NCBI GenBank assembly: GCA_951406725.2
Contig: OX597822.1
Coordinates: 68,820,001 to 68,884,000, forward strand
Length of the DNA stretch: 64,000 bases
Direction of reading: 5' to 3'
From: Octopus vulgaris
Taxonomy: Eukaryota
Below, piece after piece: positions 12,562-24,705 of the stretch (position 1 is the first letter of the stretch; every line of letters begins with the position of its first letter). The position numbers and the translations under genes are program-made. The notes beneath the pieces are model-generated. The model was not told where the DNA came from and searched no databases. It worked only from the letters and a program-made list of their open reading frames with translations.

Positions 12562-13148
12562 CAGTGTTTCTCAACCATTTTTTGCCTATGTACCCCTCTG
12601 ATTCCAATTTTACTCGGATGGACCCTCATAACCATTTGAAGTTTAAAAATCATATATACTTCTATAATTAAATTAGGAATTGTATTAAAAAAACATTATC
12701 AAAACATTTTCAGTATTGCATGGTTCAGTGGTTAGAGCGTCAGGCTCACAATCATGAGGTTAGTGAGTTTCATTCCAGGTCCAGGCTGTGTTGTGTTCTT
12801 AAGCAAGACACTTTATTTCATGTTACTCCAGTTCACTCATCTGTAGAAATGCTTTGCGACATTATTGGTGCCAAGCTGTATCAGCCTTTGCCTTTCCCTT
12901 GGACAACATCAGTGACACAGAAATGGGAGGCTGGTATGCATAGGCAATTGATGGTCTTCCATAAACAACCTTGCCTGGACTTGTATTTCAGAAGGGAACT
13001 TTCTTGGTGCATCTCATGGTCATTTATGACTGACAGGAGTCTTTACCCTTTATTGCAGATGTATAACCAGTTTATTGCACATAAACTTTAACAACAAAAT
13101 CTTAAACGGACCCTCAATGTTTATATGGATTCCAGTTAAGAACCACTG
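12562..13148. mobile_element. hAT/Charlie-like MITE with a nested SINE
   Basis: Termini CAGTGTTTCTCAACC / AGTTAAGAACCACTG; imperfect 8-bp TSD ttttaaac/atctaaac. Confidence 0.75.
12715..13050 (+). mobile_element. SINE family C with a third tail variant
   Basis: tRNA-like head 'gcatggttcagtggttagagcg...', core 'gttcttaagcaagacactttatttca..ctccagttcactca'. Confidence 0.75.
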
Positions 13149-14016
13149 ATCTAAACCATACATCCATTTCAGAGCCAGATGAATTTAATGTCTTGTATTT
13201 CCAAATTTAAATCCTACAGATGTTGATTTGACGTTCCATACTTTAAAGAAGTAATAAATAAGGTAAGATAGACAACAGTATGGCCAACTGAATTTTCCCC
13301 TCTCCCTTCCACAAAATAGCTGCATTCCTTCTACTAAAAGACTACGATGGTAGAAATAGCCAAGATGCAAAGTACCAGATTATATATATATCAAAATGTA
13401 TAATTAGAAAACCAGTATAACTAGAAAACCAGTAGAGGGTGGTAACAGGAAGGGTATCTGGTAGTAGAGAATTTGTTTCAATAAAATTCCATCCGACTCA
13501 TGCAAGCATTGAAAAATCAATGTAAAAATGATGATGATGATGATGAAGATCTTGACGAATTAAAATAAAGCTGGCAGTGGGAGAAGTGCTGAGGTCAACT
13601 TTGATCTTTCTAAGATCACTAAAATAAGCACCAATAATATATTGGTTTGATGCATTCAATCAATATCTCTGTCTCACAAAATTTACCTTTTCTGAAATGA
13701 TAATACAGGCATAATAGATAGGATCATCATTATCAGCACCATTTTAACATCTGGTTTTCAATGCATACAGGGGCCAGATGGAGTTTATTGAAGCAGATTT
13801 TCTATGGTCAAATGCTCTTCCTGTTACAAACCCTCAACTTTTTCCAAACAAGGTACTATTTCTCTGTAGATAGATATGTTTCTACAGAAAACTGAAAATG
13901 AATGACCTCCATATACAACAACCATGTATTGTCATGACAAGAAGAAACAAGCACACATAAATATCTACATACACACACACACACAAACACGCATATACAC
14001 AAACATCATATATATT

Positions 14017-14390
14017 CTTTACTCTCTTTTACTCTATTACTTGTTTCAGTCATTTGACTGCGGCCATGTTGGAGCACTGCCTTCAGTCGACCAAATTGAC
14101 CCCAGGACTTATTCCTTACAAGCCTAGTACTTATTCTATTGGTCTCCTTTGCCAAACCACTAAGTTACAGGGATGCAAACACACCAGCATCGGTTGTCAA
14201 GCAATGTTGGGGGGACAAACACAGACACACAAACACACACACACGCACACATATATATACATATATATATGATGAGCTTCTTTCAGTTTCCATCTACTAA
14301 ATCCACTCACAAGGCTTTGGTTGGCCTGAGGTTATAGCAGAAGACACTTACCCAAGGTGCCACGCAGTGGGACTGAACCCAGAACAATGT
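14017..14390 (-). mobile_element. SINE family A
   Basis: Family match with many CpG>TpG/CpA changes. Confidence 0.9.
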
Positions 14391-14499
14391 GCCAGCAGAA
14401 TGGCATCAGTTGAAGGTTAAAACAATGTGAAGCACATTGTAACCAGTGATATGTAACAACAGCCAATAGTCTAGTCAATACTGTGACATATATATATAC

Positions 14500-14810
14500 A
14501 TGGCTTAATGGTTAGGGCATTCGGAACGAGATTGTATGGTCATGAGTTCAATTCCCAGTGACACGTGTCCTTGAGCAAGACACTTTATTTCACTTTGCTC
14601 CAGTTCACTCAGCTGGCAAAAACAAGTAGTACCTGTATTTCAAAGGGATGCCCTTGTCACAGTCTGTGTCACACTGAATCTCCCTGAGAACTATGTTAAG
14701 GTACATGTGTCTGTGGAGTGCTCAGCCACTTGCACGTTAATTTCACAAGCATGTTGTTCCGTTGATCGTATTGTCTGGGACTCTCATCGTCATAACCAAC
14801 AAAGTGCTCC
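14500..14810 (+). mobile_element. SINE family C
   Basis: Aligns to the reverse complement of 44257-44640 (head and tail), with CpGs decayed. Confidence 0.85.
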
Positions 14811-15297
14811 TACATACTACTACATATATACATATACATATTTATCTGTATAGATACACACACACACACATGCACGCATATACATACAACAAGTTTCTTT
14901 CAGTTTTTATCTCTCAAATCTTCTCATAAGGCTTTAGTAGGCCTGGGGCTGTAAAAGAGACTTGCCTAAGGTGCTATGTGGTGACACAGAACCCAAAACC
15001 ATGCAGATGGAGAGCAAACTTCTTAAACACATAGCCACGTCTGCGGCTAGAATGATGATAAATTCAGTATTGCACTGGTTACCAGTTTGAAATGGATATA
15101 TACTGTAAACATGGAGCTGTCCTGTCAACTCTGTAAATTACAATTGCTTTAAACAGTAGAACCAAGATAACTTTACATTGCTTATTGATCAGCACAAAGA
15201 ATGGTGTGATTTACAGTACAAAACCTCTAGTAATTGGAAACATTTCAAAAAAGGCCTCTGCTATGATGAGATTATAATGGAAATTTCTACATAATAT

Positions 15298-15875
15298 GGT
15301 GTGGCTGTGTGGTAAGAAGTCTGCTTCCCAACCACATAGTTCTGAGTTCAATTCCACTGCGTGGCACCTTGGAAAGGTCTCTTCTACTATAGCCTCAGGC
15401 CTGCCAAAGTCTTGCGAGTGGATTTGGTAGACAGAAACCTGAAAGAAACCTGCTGTGTGTATATATATATATATATTTAATAGGCACAGGTGTGGCTGTG
15501 TGGTAAGAAACTTGCTTCCCAACCACATAGTTCTGGGTTCAATCCCACTGCGTGGCACCTTAGACAAGTGTCTTCTATAACCTCAGATCAACCGAAACAC
15601 TGAGTGGATTTGGTAGACAGAAACTGAAAGAAGCCCATTATGTATACATGTATCTGTGTGTGTGTGTGTCTGTGTGTGTGTGTCCTACAACTGCTTGACA
15701 ACCAGTGTTGGTGTGTTTACATCCTTGTAACTTGGTTCGACAAAAGATACAAATAGAATAAGTACCAGGTTTTGAAAATATTAAGTACTGGGGTCAAATT
15801 CATTTAACTAAAATTCTTCAAAGTGGTGCCCCAGCATGGCCATAGTCTAATGACTGAAACAAGTAAAGAAAAAAG
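15298..15875 (+). mobile_element. Tandem SINE A copies (head-only 15298-15455, then full 15482-15875)
   Basis: Two family A heads in direct orientation. Confidence 0.85.
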
Positions 15876-16064
15876 AAGAAAAGGTGGTATGTGAAATTCT
15901 AAATGATAGGGAAACCAGTGAAAGCACAATATCAGAAAAGAAATAAGTAGGGATAAATAGGGCTAACTGGATATGCAATTCTAAAAATCATAAACTGAGT
16001 TCAGCTAAAAATCAAATATAACTATGATGACTAAAATAACAAAAAACAAAGCAAATCAATATAA

Positions 16065-16424
16065 ACTCAGAGAGTGCAAACCTCTGCCAAGGCAACACCA
16101 ATGACCTATCAACGATTAGCCAGAGATAATTTTTAAAATGAGAATATCTGAAATAAACTCAACTGTTCTTACAAACGAGAATAATAAAAAATGAACCCGA
16201 CAGCTCTCAGAAATTAAGGAAAAAAACAGGAAAAATAATCCAGAATCCTTGTCCGGTACTGGATCGATCCCAAAATCTAATCAGTTTGTGCCAGTCACGA
16301 GGCCAAACATCCCTGAAAGTTTCATCTGAATCCATCCAGCATGTCTTGAGATATCTTGTACACCGACAAACAAAAAAACAAACGCAACTGAAAACAATAC
16401 TTCTGCCTTCGCTAAGGAAGAGGT
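16065..16424 (+). mobile_element. Helentron/HINE-like non-autonomous element
   Basis: 5' 'cagagagtgcaaacctctgccaaggc' and 3' hairpin 'acttctgcctt-cgct-aaggaagaggt' related to the 5' motif; (ACAA)-rich stretch before the hairpin. Confidence 0.55.
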
Positions 16425-16604
16425 CACTAGAATGACTAAAATAACAAAAAACATGAAAAAAAGCTTCACTAAACTAAGAGAATCAATATAAACTAGAACA
16501 AAAGTAACCATCCTCATTACCATCATCATCATCATCATCACCACCATCAACATTGTCATGATCACCATCATCACTATCGTCGTCACCACTATCTATTATC
16601 ATCA

Positions 16605-16820
16605 AGGCAGCAAACTGGCAGAAATGTTAGCACACCAGGCGAAATACTTAGCAGTATTTTGCCTGTCTTTATGTTCTGAGTTCAAATTCCACCAAGATCA
16701 ACTTTGCCTTTTATCCTTTCAGGGTCAATAAATTAAGTACCAGTTGCATACTGGGATTGATCTAATCAACTGGTCCCTCCCCAAATATTTCAGGCCTTGT
16801 GCCTAGAGTAGAAAAGATTA
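16605..16820 (+). mobile_element. SINE family B (tRNA-derived)
   Basis: 'ctggcagaaatgttagc...gagttcaaattcc...ctttgccttttatcctttcagggtcaataaattaagtaccag'. Confidence 0.85.
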
Positions 16821-17234
16821 TTTAATATCATTGTTTTCCATGCTTCCAGGGGTCATATGGAAGTTAATGATGCAGATTCTCTACGACAAGATGCTCTTCC
16901 TGTCATCAATTCCTCCACCTGTTTTCAAGCAGGGCAGTATTTTCCCAATGCTAGACATATTTTTAATGTAATAATACAAATGGACAGCCTTGATTGCATG
17001 ACTGCCATGGTCATTTACAACCATTACATGATGTCTAGCCACAAGTTCATGCATGCACGCATGCACACACACACACACACACACACACCTTTTACTTCTT
17101 TCAGTCATTAGACTGCACCCATGAATATATATCATATATATCTGTGTGTGTATATATATATGTATGTGTGTATAGATATATATATGTGTGTATAGATATA
17201 TATATATGTATGTATGTGTGTATGTATATGTGTG

Positions 17235-17272
<38 letters not shown>

Positions 17273-17289
17273 AAAGTATGCCATGCAGT

Positions 17290-17545
17290 GCCAAATTAAA
17301 GCACCCAGCTCACTCTGTAAAGTGGTTGGTGTTAGGAAGGACACCCAGCCATAGAAACCATGTCAAATCAGACTGGGGCCTGGTGCAGCTCCCCAGCTTG
17401 CCAGCTCTGGTCAAACCGTCCAACCCATGCCAGCATGGACAACAGATGATGATGATGATGATGATGATGATATATATTACCAATGATGATGATGATGATG
17501 ATATATATTACCAATGATGATAATGATGATGATGATATATTACCG
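17290..17545 (+). mobile_element. RTE tail ending in a compound (GAT)n-ATATATTACC repeat
   Basis: Tail match; three GAT/ATATATTACC units. Confidence 0.75.
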
Positions 17546-18141
17546 TCATCATCATCTTTTAACGTCTGCCTTAAATATATATATAAATATATATAATGGC
17601 CTTCTTCTAGTTTCCACCTACCAAGTCCACACACAAGGTTTTGATTGACTCAGGGCTATAGTACAAGACACTTGATGAATCTATCACACAGTGGGACTGA
17701 ACCCAAGACCACATGGTAAGATAGGAAGCAGGCTTCTTAATTAACCACACAGCCATGCCTGTGCCAATAACATAAATATAAATGCACAATGATGATAAGC
17801 TAACTCTGAAAATTGTTTATGTGATATGTAACTGAATAGGGTGTGTTATTTTGGCTGCATTTGAACTAAGCTTTCCAATCAATGATTTAAACATCTATAT
17901 AAATACTTGAATAAACCAAAATAGTTTCTAAATTTTAAAACCATTGTATAAATCATGAAAATTAAAAATTGCTTTTTATTTTTTAGATTACATAATATGA
18001 AATATTGAGCTTGTAATATATATTTATTACACACAATGATAGAAATATATACATATATATATATATATAATCATCTTGATTATTGATGTGATGTTAAGCA
18101 GATAATCAGGCAGTAATTAGATTTAAAAAGTCTGTCCTTAC

Positions 18142-18308
18142 TCTCTACATCAATACAGAGAAGGCACCGCACTGGCTTCCACTTACTAACTTTATACATG
18201 GAGAGTCCTCAGAAAATGGTTTAAAATACACAGCATCCACTTGTCGATAACGCAAATATATCATCAGAATAAAACTCTTGGAAGAAAAACCAATAGTATT
18301 TCAAATTC
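18142..18308 (-). other. Candidate exon of the minus-strand gene (two possible donors)
   Basis: Acceptor 'ccattctttttgtgtag|' at 18308; donors TTA|GTAAGT (18187) or AGA|GTAAGG (18142). Keeps CpGs in a CpG-poor region. Frames give MIYLRYRQVDAVYFKPFSEDSPCIKL or MYKVSKWKPVRCLLCIDVE. Confidence 0.3.
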
Positions 18309-18686
18309 CTACACAAAAAGAATGGTAAATCTAAATGAGTTATAATGAAATATAATCTAAACTGCAGCAGCATCAAAAACAGCTTTGAAATATATTTAAA
18401 TATAAAGAGATAACAACAACAACAAAAAAAAAAAAAAGAGAAAGAGGAAATATTTCATTGCCTTATTGATTATTCTCTCTAAGACTAATTCTCAGTAAAG
18501 AAAAAGAATGTATATAAAATTAAAATCTAACATTGCAAAAATTCCAGTGATGTTTGAATATATAAATACTTCTACAGACTTAACTATAAATAACATTTTG
18601 AGCCCTTTGTATTATTAAAGACAAACCAACCATCTTTTCCCAAACACTATAAAGTTGGCAAGGAGACAATTTTTAGATTGGCATTT

Positions 18687-18866
18687 CTACTGAAATGTAA
18701 TCGGATTGGACGAAATCTTTTTGGCATTGACTTCTCTACTGAGTCTCATGAACATCAAATGTCTAAGGAAATACAGTAAAATCGGAAGCAGTACTACCAT
18801 GGCTACATAAAACAAAGACACGACTCCAACTAAACAATACACATGCCTGCTAAATAATGGTAGCAG
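18687..18866 (-). other. Candidate terminal coding exon (59 aa, hydrophobic)
   Basis: Acceptor 'ctttatgtttccag|', then LLPLFSRHVYCLVGVVSLFYVAMVVLLPILLYFLRHLMFMRLSREVNAKKISSNPITFQ*. Several CpGs retained. No homology recognised. Confidence 0.25.
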
Positions 18867-19783
18867 CTGGAAACATAAAGTAGAAATTATAATTTTCTTC
18901 TCTTAACTGTTGTCTACGCAGTAATTAGTTGTTCAACTGTTTTCTGTCTGCAACTGGTTTCAGGGATTATCCTGGTTTTGCTATTATCTCTGAATGCAAC
19001 TATATACTAAAGAGTCTATATCGCTTAATCTGTGCCAATTTCAGCTTTACAATATCCTTTTTTTTTTGTATTATTATTATCATTTTTTTTCTTTACTTAT
19101 TCAATTTATAATAAATAAAAAATCTATCCTTGAGATGAAAAGGAAAAAAAAAAAAATTAATGAATGAAAAAATAATAAAAAGAAAAAGAAAATCCTAAAA
19201 TCTATTGGAGGTTTTGTGGTTGCCGTAAATGAATCTGCATGTTTTCATAACATTTCAGTCTTGCTTCATTAGCAACGTTAGCAACAACAACAGCATCTCA
19301 GACACAGAATAGGATGAACAAATTAAAATCTCAACATCAACAAAGTATGATTTAATCCCATAGAACCACTTTAAAGTGCAACATCATGCATATACATGTG
19401 TGTGCATGTGTATATAGATATATAAACAAACATACATACATGTGTGTGTATATATATATTTTACTTGTTTCAGTCATTTGACTGCAGCCATGCTGGAGCA
19501 CCACCTTTAGTCAAACAAATCGCCTCCAGGACTTATTCTTTGTAAGCCTAGTATTTAATCTATAGGTCTATTTTGCCAAACTGCTAAGTTATGGGGGTGT
19601 AAAAACACCAACGGGGAGGGGGACACATATATATATATATATATATATAATATATTCGGTTAAGTAATTGAGATTCTAGTGAATTCTAAAGAATTCACAT
19701 GAATATGGTCCTTAACTAGGATGCAACCATACGACAAGTGGGGTGATTACAAATAGGAAAAAAGCAACAAGAATGGATTAAAA

Positions 19784-19870
19784 TCTCGGTACGATCGTTT
19801 CGTACGAGGACATCTTTAATAAGCTAAAAAAATGCAGTGAATACAGATGGCTCGTACTCGTCAGCCGAAA
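19784..19870 (-). ncRNA. Type I hammerhead ribozyme (predicted)
   Basis: Reverse-complement copy of 20055-20142 with an identical core. Confidence 0.75.
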
Positions 19871-20054
19871 AAACATCAGAGAATTCCCAACAACTTGATC
19901 AAATATTCAATATGAGCTATATGTAGACATGCATAAATTCTATAGGTTTAAAACCTTTCATCGGATCTCCATGAATCGAACTTTCTTCAATGCAGCTAAT
20001 CTTACAACCTCTTTTGTATCTACCCCTTTTGATGTTTGGGAATTCTCTGATGTT

Positions 20055-20142
20055 TTTCGGCTGACGAGTACGAGCCATCTGTATTCACTGCATTTTTTGT
20101 AGCTTATTAAAGATGTCCTCGTACGAAACGATCGTACCGAGA
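20055..20142 (+). ncRNA. Type I hammerhead ribozyme (predicted)
   Basis: Stem I tttcgg/ccgaga; core CUGACGA (20061-67); stem II GUACGAG/CUCGUAC extended by CAUCU/AGAUG; GAAA (20125-28); palindromic stem III ACGAUCGU; cleavage triplet GUA ending at 20136. Confidence 0.8.
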
Positions 20143-21064
20143 TTTTAATCCATTCTTGTTGCTTTTTTCCTATATATAATATATATACATATATAAATAT
20201 ATCAGACTTCTTTCAGTTTCCATACAGCAAATCAAGTCACAAGGTTTTGGCTAGCTAAAGGCTATAGTAGAAGACACCTAAGATACCATGTCATGGGACT
20301 GAACTGAGAATCATGTGGTTGGATAGCAAGCTTCCTACCATACAGCCATGCCTGCATATGTTTTCCACTAAACTCTGCTGAGTTTTCTTTATTTATCATT
20401 TTTTTTTTTTTTTTTGGAATTCTTTAAATTGTAAAGGTAATTTATGGACACCCTGTACATAAACACATACAGTCACACAAAGCAGAATAAACACTTTATG
20501 ATGGCTCTTTTCCTCACATTATCTCTTTATCTTTCACCAATATTTTAACAAGTCTTTACTGCATGGATGGAATCAATCCAAACATTTGGAATTGGCTCAC
20601 TTCCTTTCCAATTTTTTTTCTATTGCTGCATCGAGTAATGAAGAAGAATTATCAAAAACAGAGTGTCAAATGCAAGTATCTTTCAAACTGTTAAAAACTC
20701 TCACCATCTTTTTCTTTGATTCTTATAATTGATTGAAGCCATTAAATCTACATACCCAGCTGCTTTTAAGTTCACCATTCCAAGTAATATAAAAGTTCCA
20801 AGTAACATATGTTCCATTCATCATCATTATTATTTTTTCAAAGTCTACTTTTCCATGCAGATTTTCTATGGTTATACGTGTTACCAGCCGCAAACCCTTA
20901 TCTGTTTCTGTTTCTTCCAAGCAAGGTAATCTTTCCCCATAGCTAGACAGGATTTTGCAGAATATTGGAAACAAATGATGTTTACAACACTCACAGTATC
21001 AAGACAAGAAGCCACAAACATACTCACACATCTGTCTATCTATCTATCTATATATATATATATA

Positions 21065-21790
21065 TCATCATCATCATCATTATTATCATCATCATCATCG
21101 TTTAATGTCCGTCCATCTTCCATGCTGGCATGGGTTGGACGGTTCGACTGGGGTCTGGGAAACCAGGAGGCTGCACCAGGCCCCAACCTGATCTGGCAGT
21201 GTTTCTACAACTGGATGCCCTTCCTAACGCCAACCACTCTGATAGTGTAGTGGGTACTTTTTACGTGCCACCGGCACAGTGGCCAGAGGAGCTGGCATCA
21301 ACCATGATCAGATGGTGCTTTTTACATGCCACTGGCACGGAAGCCAGTCAAAGCCAGTCTACCGTTCACTCTGAGTGAGAGGCCCTTTGTCACCAGTAGG
21401 GTAGATACCAGTGCCGGAGGCATGTAAGAGAACCATCCGAACGTAGCCGTTGCCAGCGCCGCCTGACTGGCATCAGTGCCGGTGGCACATAAAAAGCACC
21501 ATCCGACCGTGGCCGTTGCCAGCTCCATCTGGTCCCCGTGCCGGTGGCACGTAAAAAGCACCATCCGATCGTGGCCGTTTGCCAGACTCGTCTGGCACCT
21601 GTGCCAGTGGCACGTAAAAAGCACCCACTACATTCACAGAGTGGTTGGCGTTAGGAAGGGCATCCAGCTGTAGAAACACTGCCAGATCAGACTGGGCCTG
21701 GTGCAGCCTTCTGGCTTCCCAGACCCCAGTTGAACCGTCCAACCCATGCCAGCATGGAAAGCGGACGTTAAACGATGATGATGATGATGA
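21065..21790. mobile_element. Two RTE 3'UTR/tail copies in inverted orientation
   Basis: 21065-21345 (minus, (ATC)n end) and 21410-21790 (plus, (GAT)n end). Confidence 0.85.
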
Positions 21791-22104
21791 TAAGTTATTT
21801 TTGTTTGACAGACAATGCAATTGTTTATGAAGGGGGAACTATAATCTTAACTTGAAGTAATAAGGTGTACAAATGAATTTCATTTTTTATTTTAAGTGAT
21901 AGAGTTATGTTTTAGGAGGGAGTATAATTTTAATTTTAACTTTAAGCAATAGAATTGTTGATTAAGAGATTGTATAATATAAATTCAAGAGACATCTGCA
22001 GCCACCTTCAACAGATGTGTATATGCATTCTTCCAGTTCAGTCAGTCAAGACTGTTGAGTCTATAGTCTCAAAAGTATGCATTTTAATATTTCAATGTAT
22101 TTAA

Positions 22105-22545
22105 GGGTAGCAAGCTGGCCAGAATCATTAGCACACCAGGCAAAATACTAGGTGGCATTTTGTCCATCTTTATATTCTGAGTTCAAATTAGCCCGGGTCA
22201 ACTTTGACTTTCATTTTTTCAGGGTCAATAAAATAAGTATCAGTTGAACACTAGGGTTCATGAAATTGACTAAACCCATTCCCCAAAATTTCTGGCTTTG
22301 TGCCAAAATTTGAAATCATTATCAATGTATATCCTAAGGTGACAAGCTGGAAGAATCGTTAGCACTCCAGGCAAAATGCTTAGAAGCATTTCATCCGTCT
22401 TTATGCTTGAGTTCAAATTCCGCCCAGGTCAACTTTGCCTTTCATCTTTTCAGGGTAAATATAATAAAAAAGAACATTTGAACACTGGAGTTGATGTAAC
22501 TGACTCACTTCCACCCCCGAAATTGCTGGCCTTGTGATTTGAAAC
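22105..22545 (+). mobile_element. Two tandem SINE family B copies
   Basis: Heads at ~22105 and ~22337. Confidence 0.8.
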
Positions 22546-22659
22546 CGGTATTTCAATGGTTTACAATTTCTGAAATCTCTTTACTATCAAGCATCTAGCA
22601 TGTCTTGCTGAGAGAGTTACTTCTTACAAGGGACCATAATCTAGATTTTAGCCATATGA

Positions 22660-23200
22660 CATGGAGGAAAAGTGGCTGAGTTCCTTTCGAGTGTTGGGCC
22701 TCATGGAAACAAGTGGCTGAGTTCCTTTCGAGCATTGGGCGCCATGGAGGCAAGTGGCTGAGTTCCTTTTGAGTGTTGGGCCTGAAGTGGCTGAGTTCCT
22801 TTCAAGTGTTGGGCCTCACAGAGGCAAGGTGGCTGAGTTCCTTTCAAGCACTGGGCCCCATGGGGCCAAAGTGGCTGAGTTCCTTTCGAGTGCTGGGCCT
22901 TACGGAAGTAATGACCAAGAACTTTGGCATTATGTCATGCTTGAGAAGAAGACCCATCAAGCTGAGCAAAATTGCCATCATGGCAGATACCAGTGTCACA
23001 CAAATGGCACTCATGCTGGTGACATATAAAAACACCCATTACACTCTTGGAGTGGTTGGCATTAGAAAGGGCATCCAGGCCATAGAAAACTATGCCAAAT
23101 CAGACTGGAGCTTGGCACAACCTTCCAGCATGCCAGCCCAGTCAAACTGTCCAACCCATGCAAGAATGGACAACAGACGTTAAAGGATGATGATGATGAT
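22660..23200 (+). mobile_element. RTE 3' fragment preceded by a ~42-bp minisatellite
   Basis: Six units 'aagtggctgagttcctttcgagtgttgggcc..', then 'gcttgagaagaagacc...' and the RTE tail with (GAT)n. Confidence 0.8.
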
Positions 23201-23288
23201 GTTACTTCTCGCCCCCACCCCACCTCCATCCCACCCTCTCATCCCCTACCACATTTCTTTAAAGCAAACTAGATTTATGATTTATATA

Positions 23289-23590
23289 CCGGTGGCACGT
23301 AAAAAGCACCATCCGATCATGGCTGTTGCCAGCCTTGTCTGGTCTCCGTGCCAGTAGCACGTAAAAAGCACCATCCGATCGTGGCTGTTTGCCAGTCTCG
23401 TCTGGCACGTAAAAAGCACCCACTACACTCACGGAGTGGTTGGCGTTAGGAAGGGCATCCAGCTGTAGAAACACTGCCAGATCAGACTGGGCCTGGTGCA
23501 GCCTTCTGGCTTCCCAGACCCCGGTTGAACCGTCCAACCCATGCTAGCATGGAAAGCGGACATCAAACGATAATGATGATGAATGATGAC
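23289..23590 (+). mobile_element. RTE 3'UTR/tail copy
   Basis: Nearly the same as 21480-21790. Confidence 0.85.
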
Positions 23591-24094
23591 AATACACACA
23601 GTCATTATTTGGTGGTGCAGCATATATACAGTTGATTCAACTGATCTTATTACATGACTGGTGCTTGTCCAACTGAGTCCAGATTTATGAAAATCTAAGT
23701 TGACACTGAGAAGATTTGAATTCATTCATGAAACTCTAGAAAATGATTCTCTGTTAGTTTCGGTAAGAAGCATTCAGCTAATTGATCAACTGAATTACTG
23801 CTCAATAAATTAGTATATAACATAGCTGAGTATTCTATAGACACAGCTAACCATAAAATAAACCTCAGGAAGCAGAACTGGCATAACACTGTGTATATGT
23901 GAGAAGAAGAGACAAACAGAGACAAGGCTGGAGCTTTGAATTACAGGCAGAATCTATTTTGACAGCCTTCCACAGTTTGTCCACCCAATTTTATTCATAA
24001 CACCTTAGTTGATCCAAGGTTACCATTAAAGACACTTTCTAAGATACCACAATGTAGGCTCAAGCCCCAGAGCCTTGTGATCGTGAATTGAACT

Positions 24095-24304
24095 TACCAT
24101 ATTTGATGGCATAAAAAATGCACAGGCATATTAGATGTACCCCCAATTTCAGTAGTACATATTCAGGTAAAAAAAAGCTTTTAGTGCATTCAAGTATGTA
24201 ATATTTAAAACAACTTCACATATACAACCTGAGGTGATTTGGGATGGGGGGGGGGACCATTTTAGGGAGCAAAGAATGCATTTTATATCCCATGATATAC
24301 AGTA
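24095..24304. mobile_element. Decayed Tc1/mariner-superfamily MITE
   Basis: Imperfect termini TA-ccatatttgatggcataaaa / ttttatatcccatgatatacag-TA. Confidence 0.4.
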
Positions 24305-24311
24305 ATTATAT

Positions 24312-24705
24312 CTGCCAGCTGGCAGAAATGTTAGTTCGCCGGGCGAAATGCTTAGCGGTATTTCGTCTGCCGCTACGTTCTAAGTTCAAATTCCGTCGAG
24401 GTTGACTTTGCCTTTCATCCTTTTGGGTTTGATTAAATAAGTACCAGTTATGCACTGGGATTGATATAATCGACTTAATCCGTTTGTCTGTCCTTGTTTG
24501 TCCTCTCTGTGTTTAGCCCCTTGTGGATAGTAAAGAAATAGGTATTTCATCTGTCTTTATGTTCTGATTTCAAATTCCGCCGAGGTCGACTTTGCCTTTC
24601 ATCCTTTCAGGGTTGATAAATTAAGTACCAGTTGCGTACTGGGGTTGTTTTAATCAACTGGCCCCCTCCCCAAAAATTTTGGGCCTTGTGCCTAGAGTAG
24701 AAAAG
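24312..24705 (+). mobile_element. Dimeric SINE family B
   Basis: Two B cores in tandem joined by 'gtaaagaaataggtattt'; same junction as 46874-47281. Confidence 0.85.

Larger units (their letters stand above)
19656..20173. mobile_element. Penelope-like/retrozyme-like element with ~138-bp inverted repeats
   Basis: Arms 19753-19891 and 20036-20173 are near-perfect reverse complements. Flanked on both sides by 'tatatataatatat'. CpG-rich. Confidence 0.8.
19460..20355 (-). mobile_element. SINE family A split by an insertion in its internal (TA)n
   Basis: 3' half at 19460-19625, 5' half at ~20200-20355. Confidence 0.85.
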
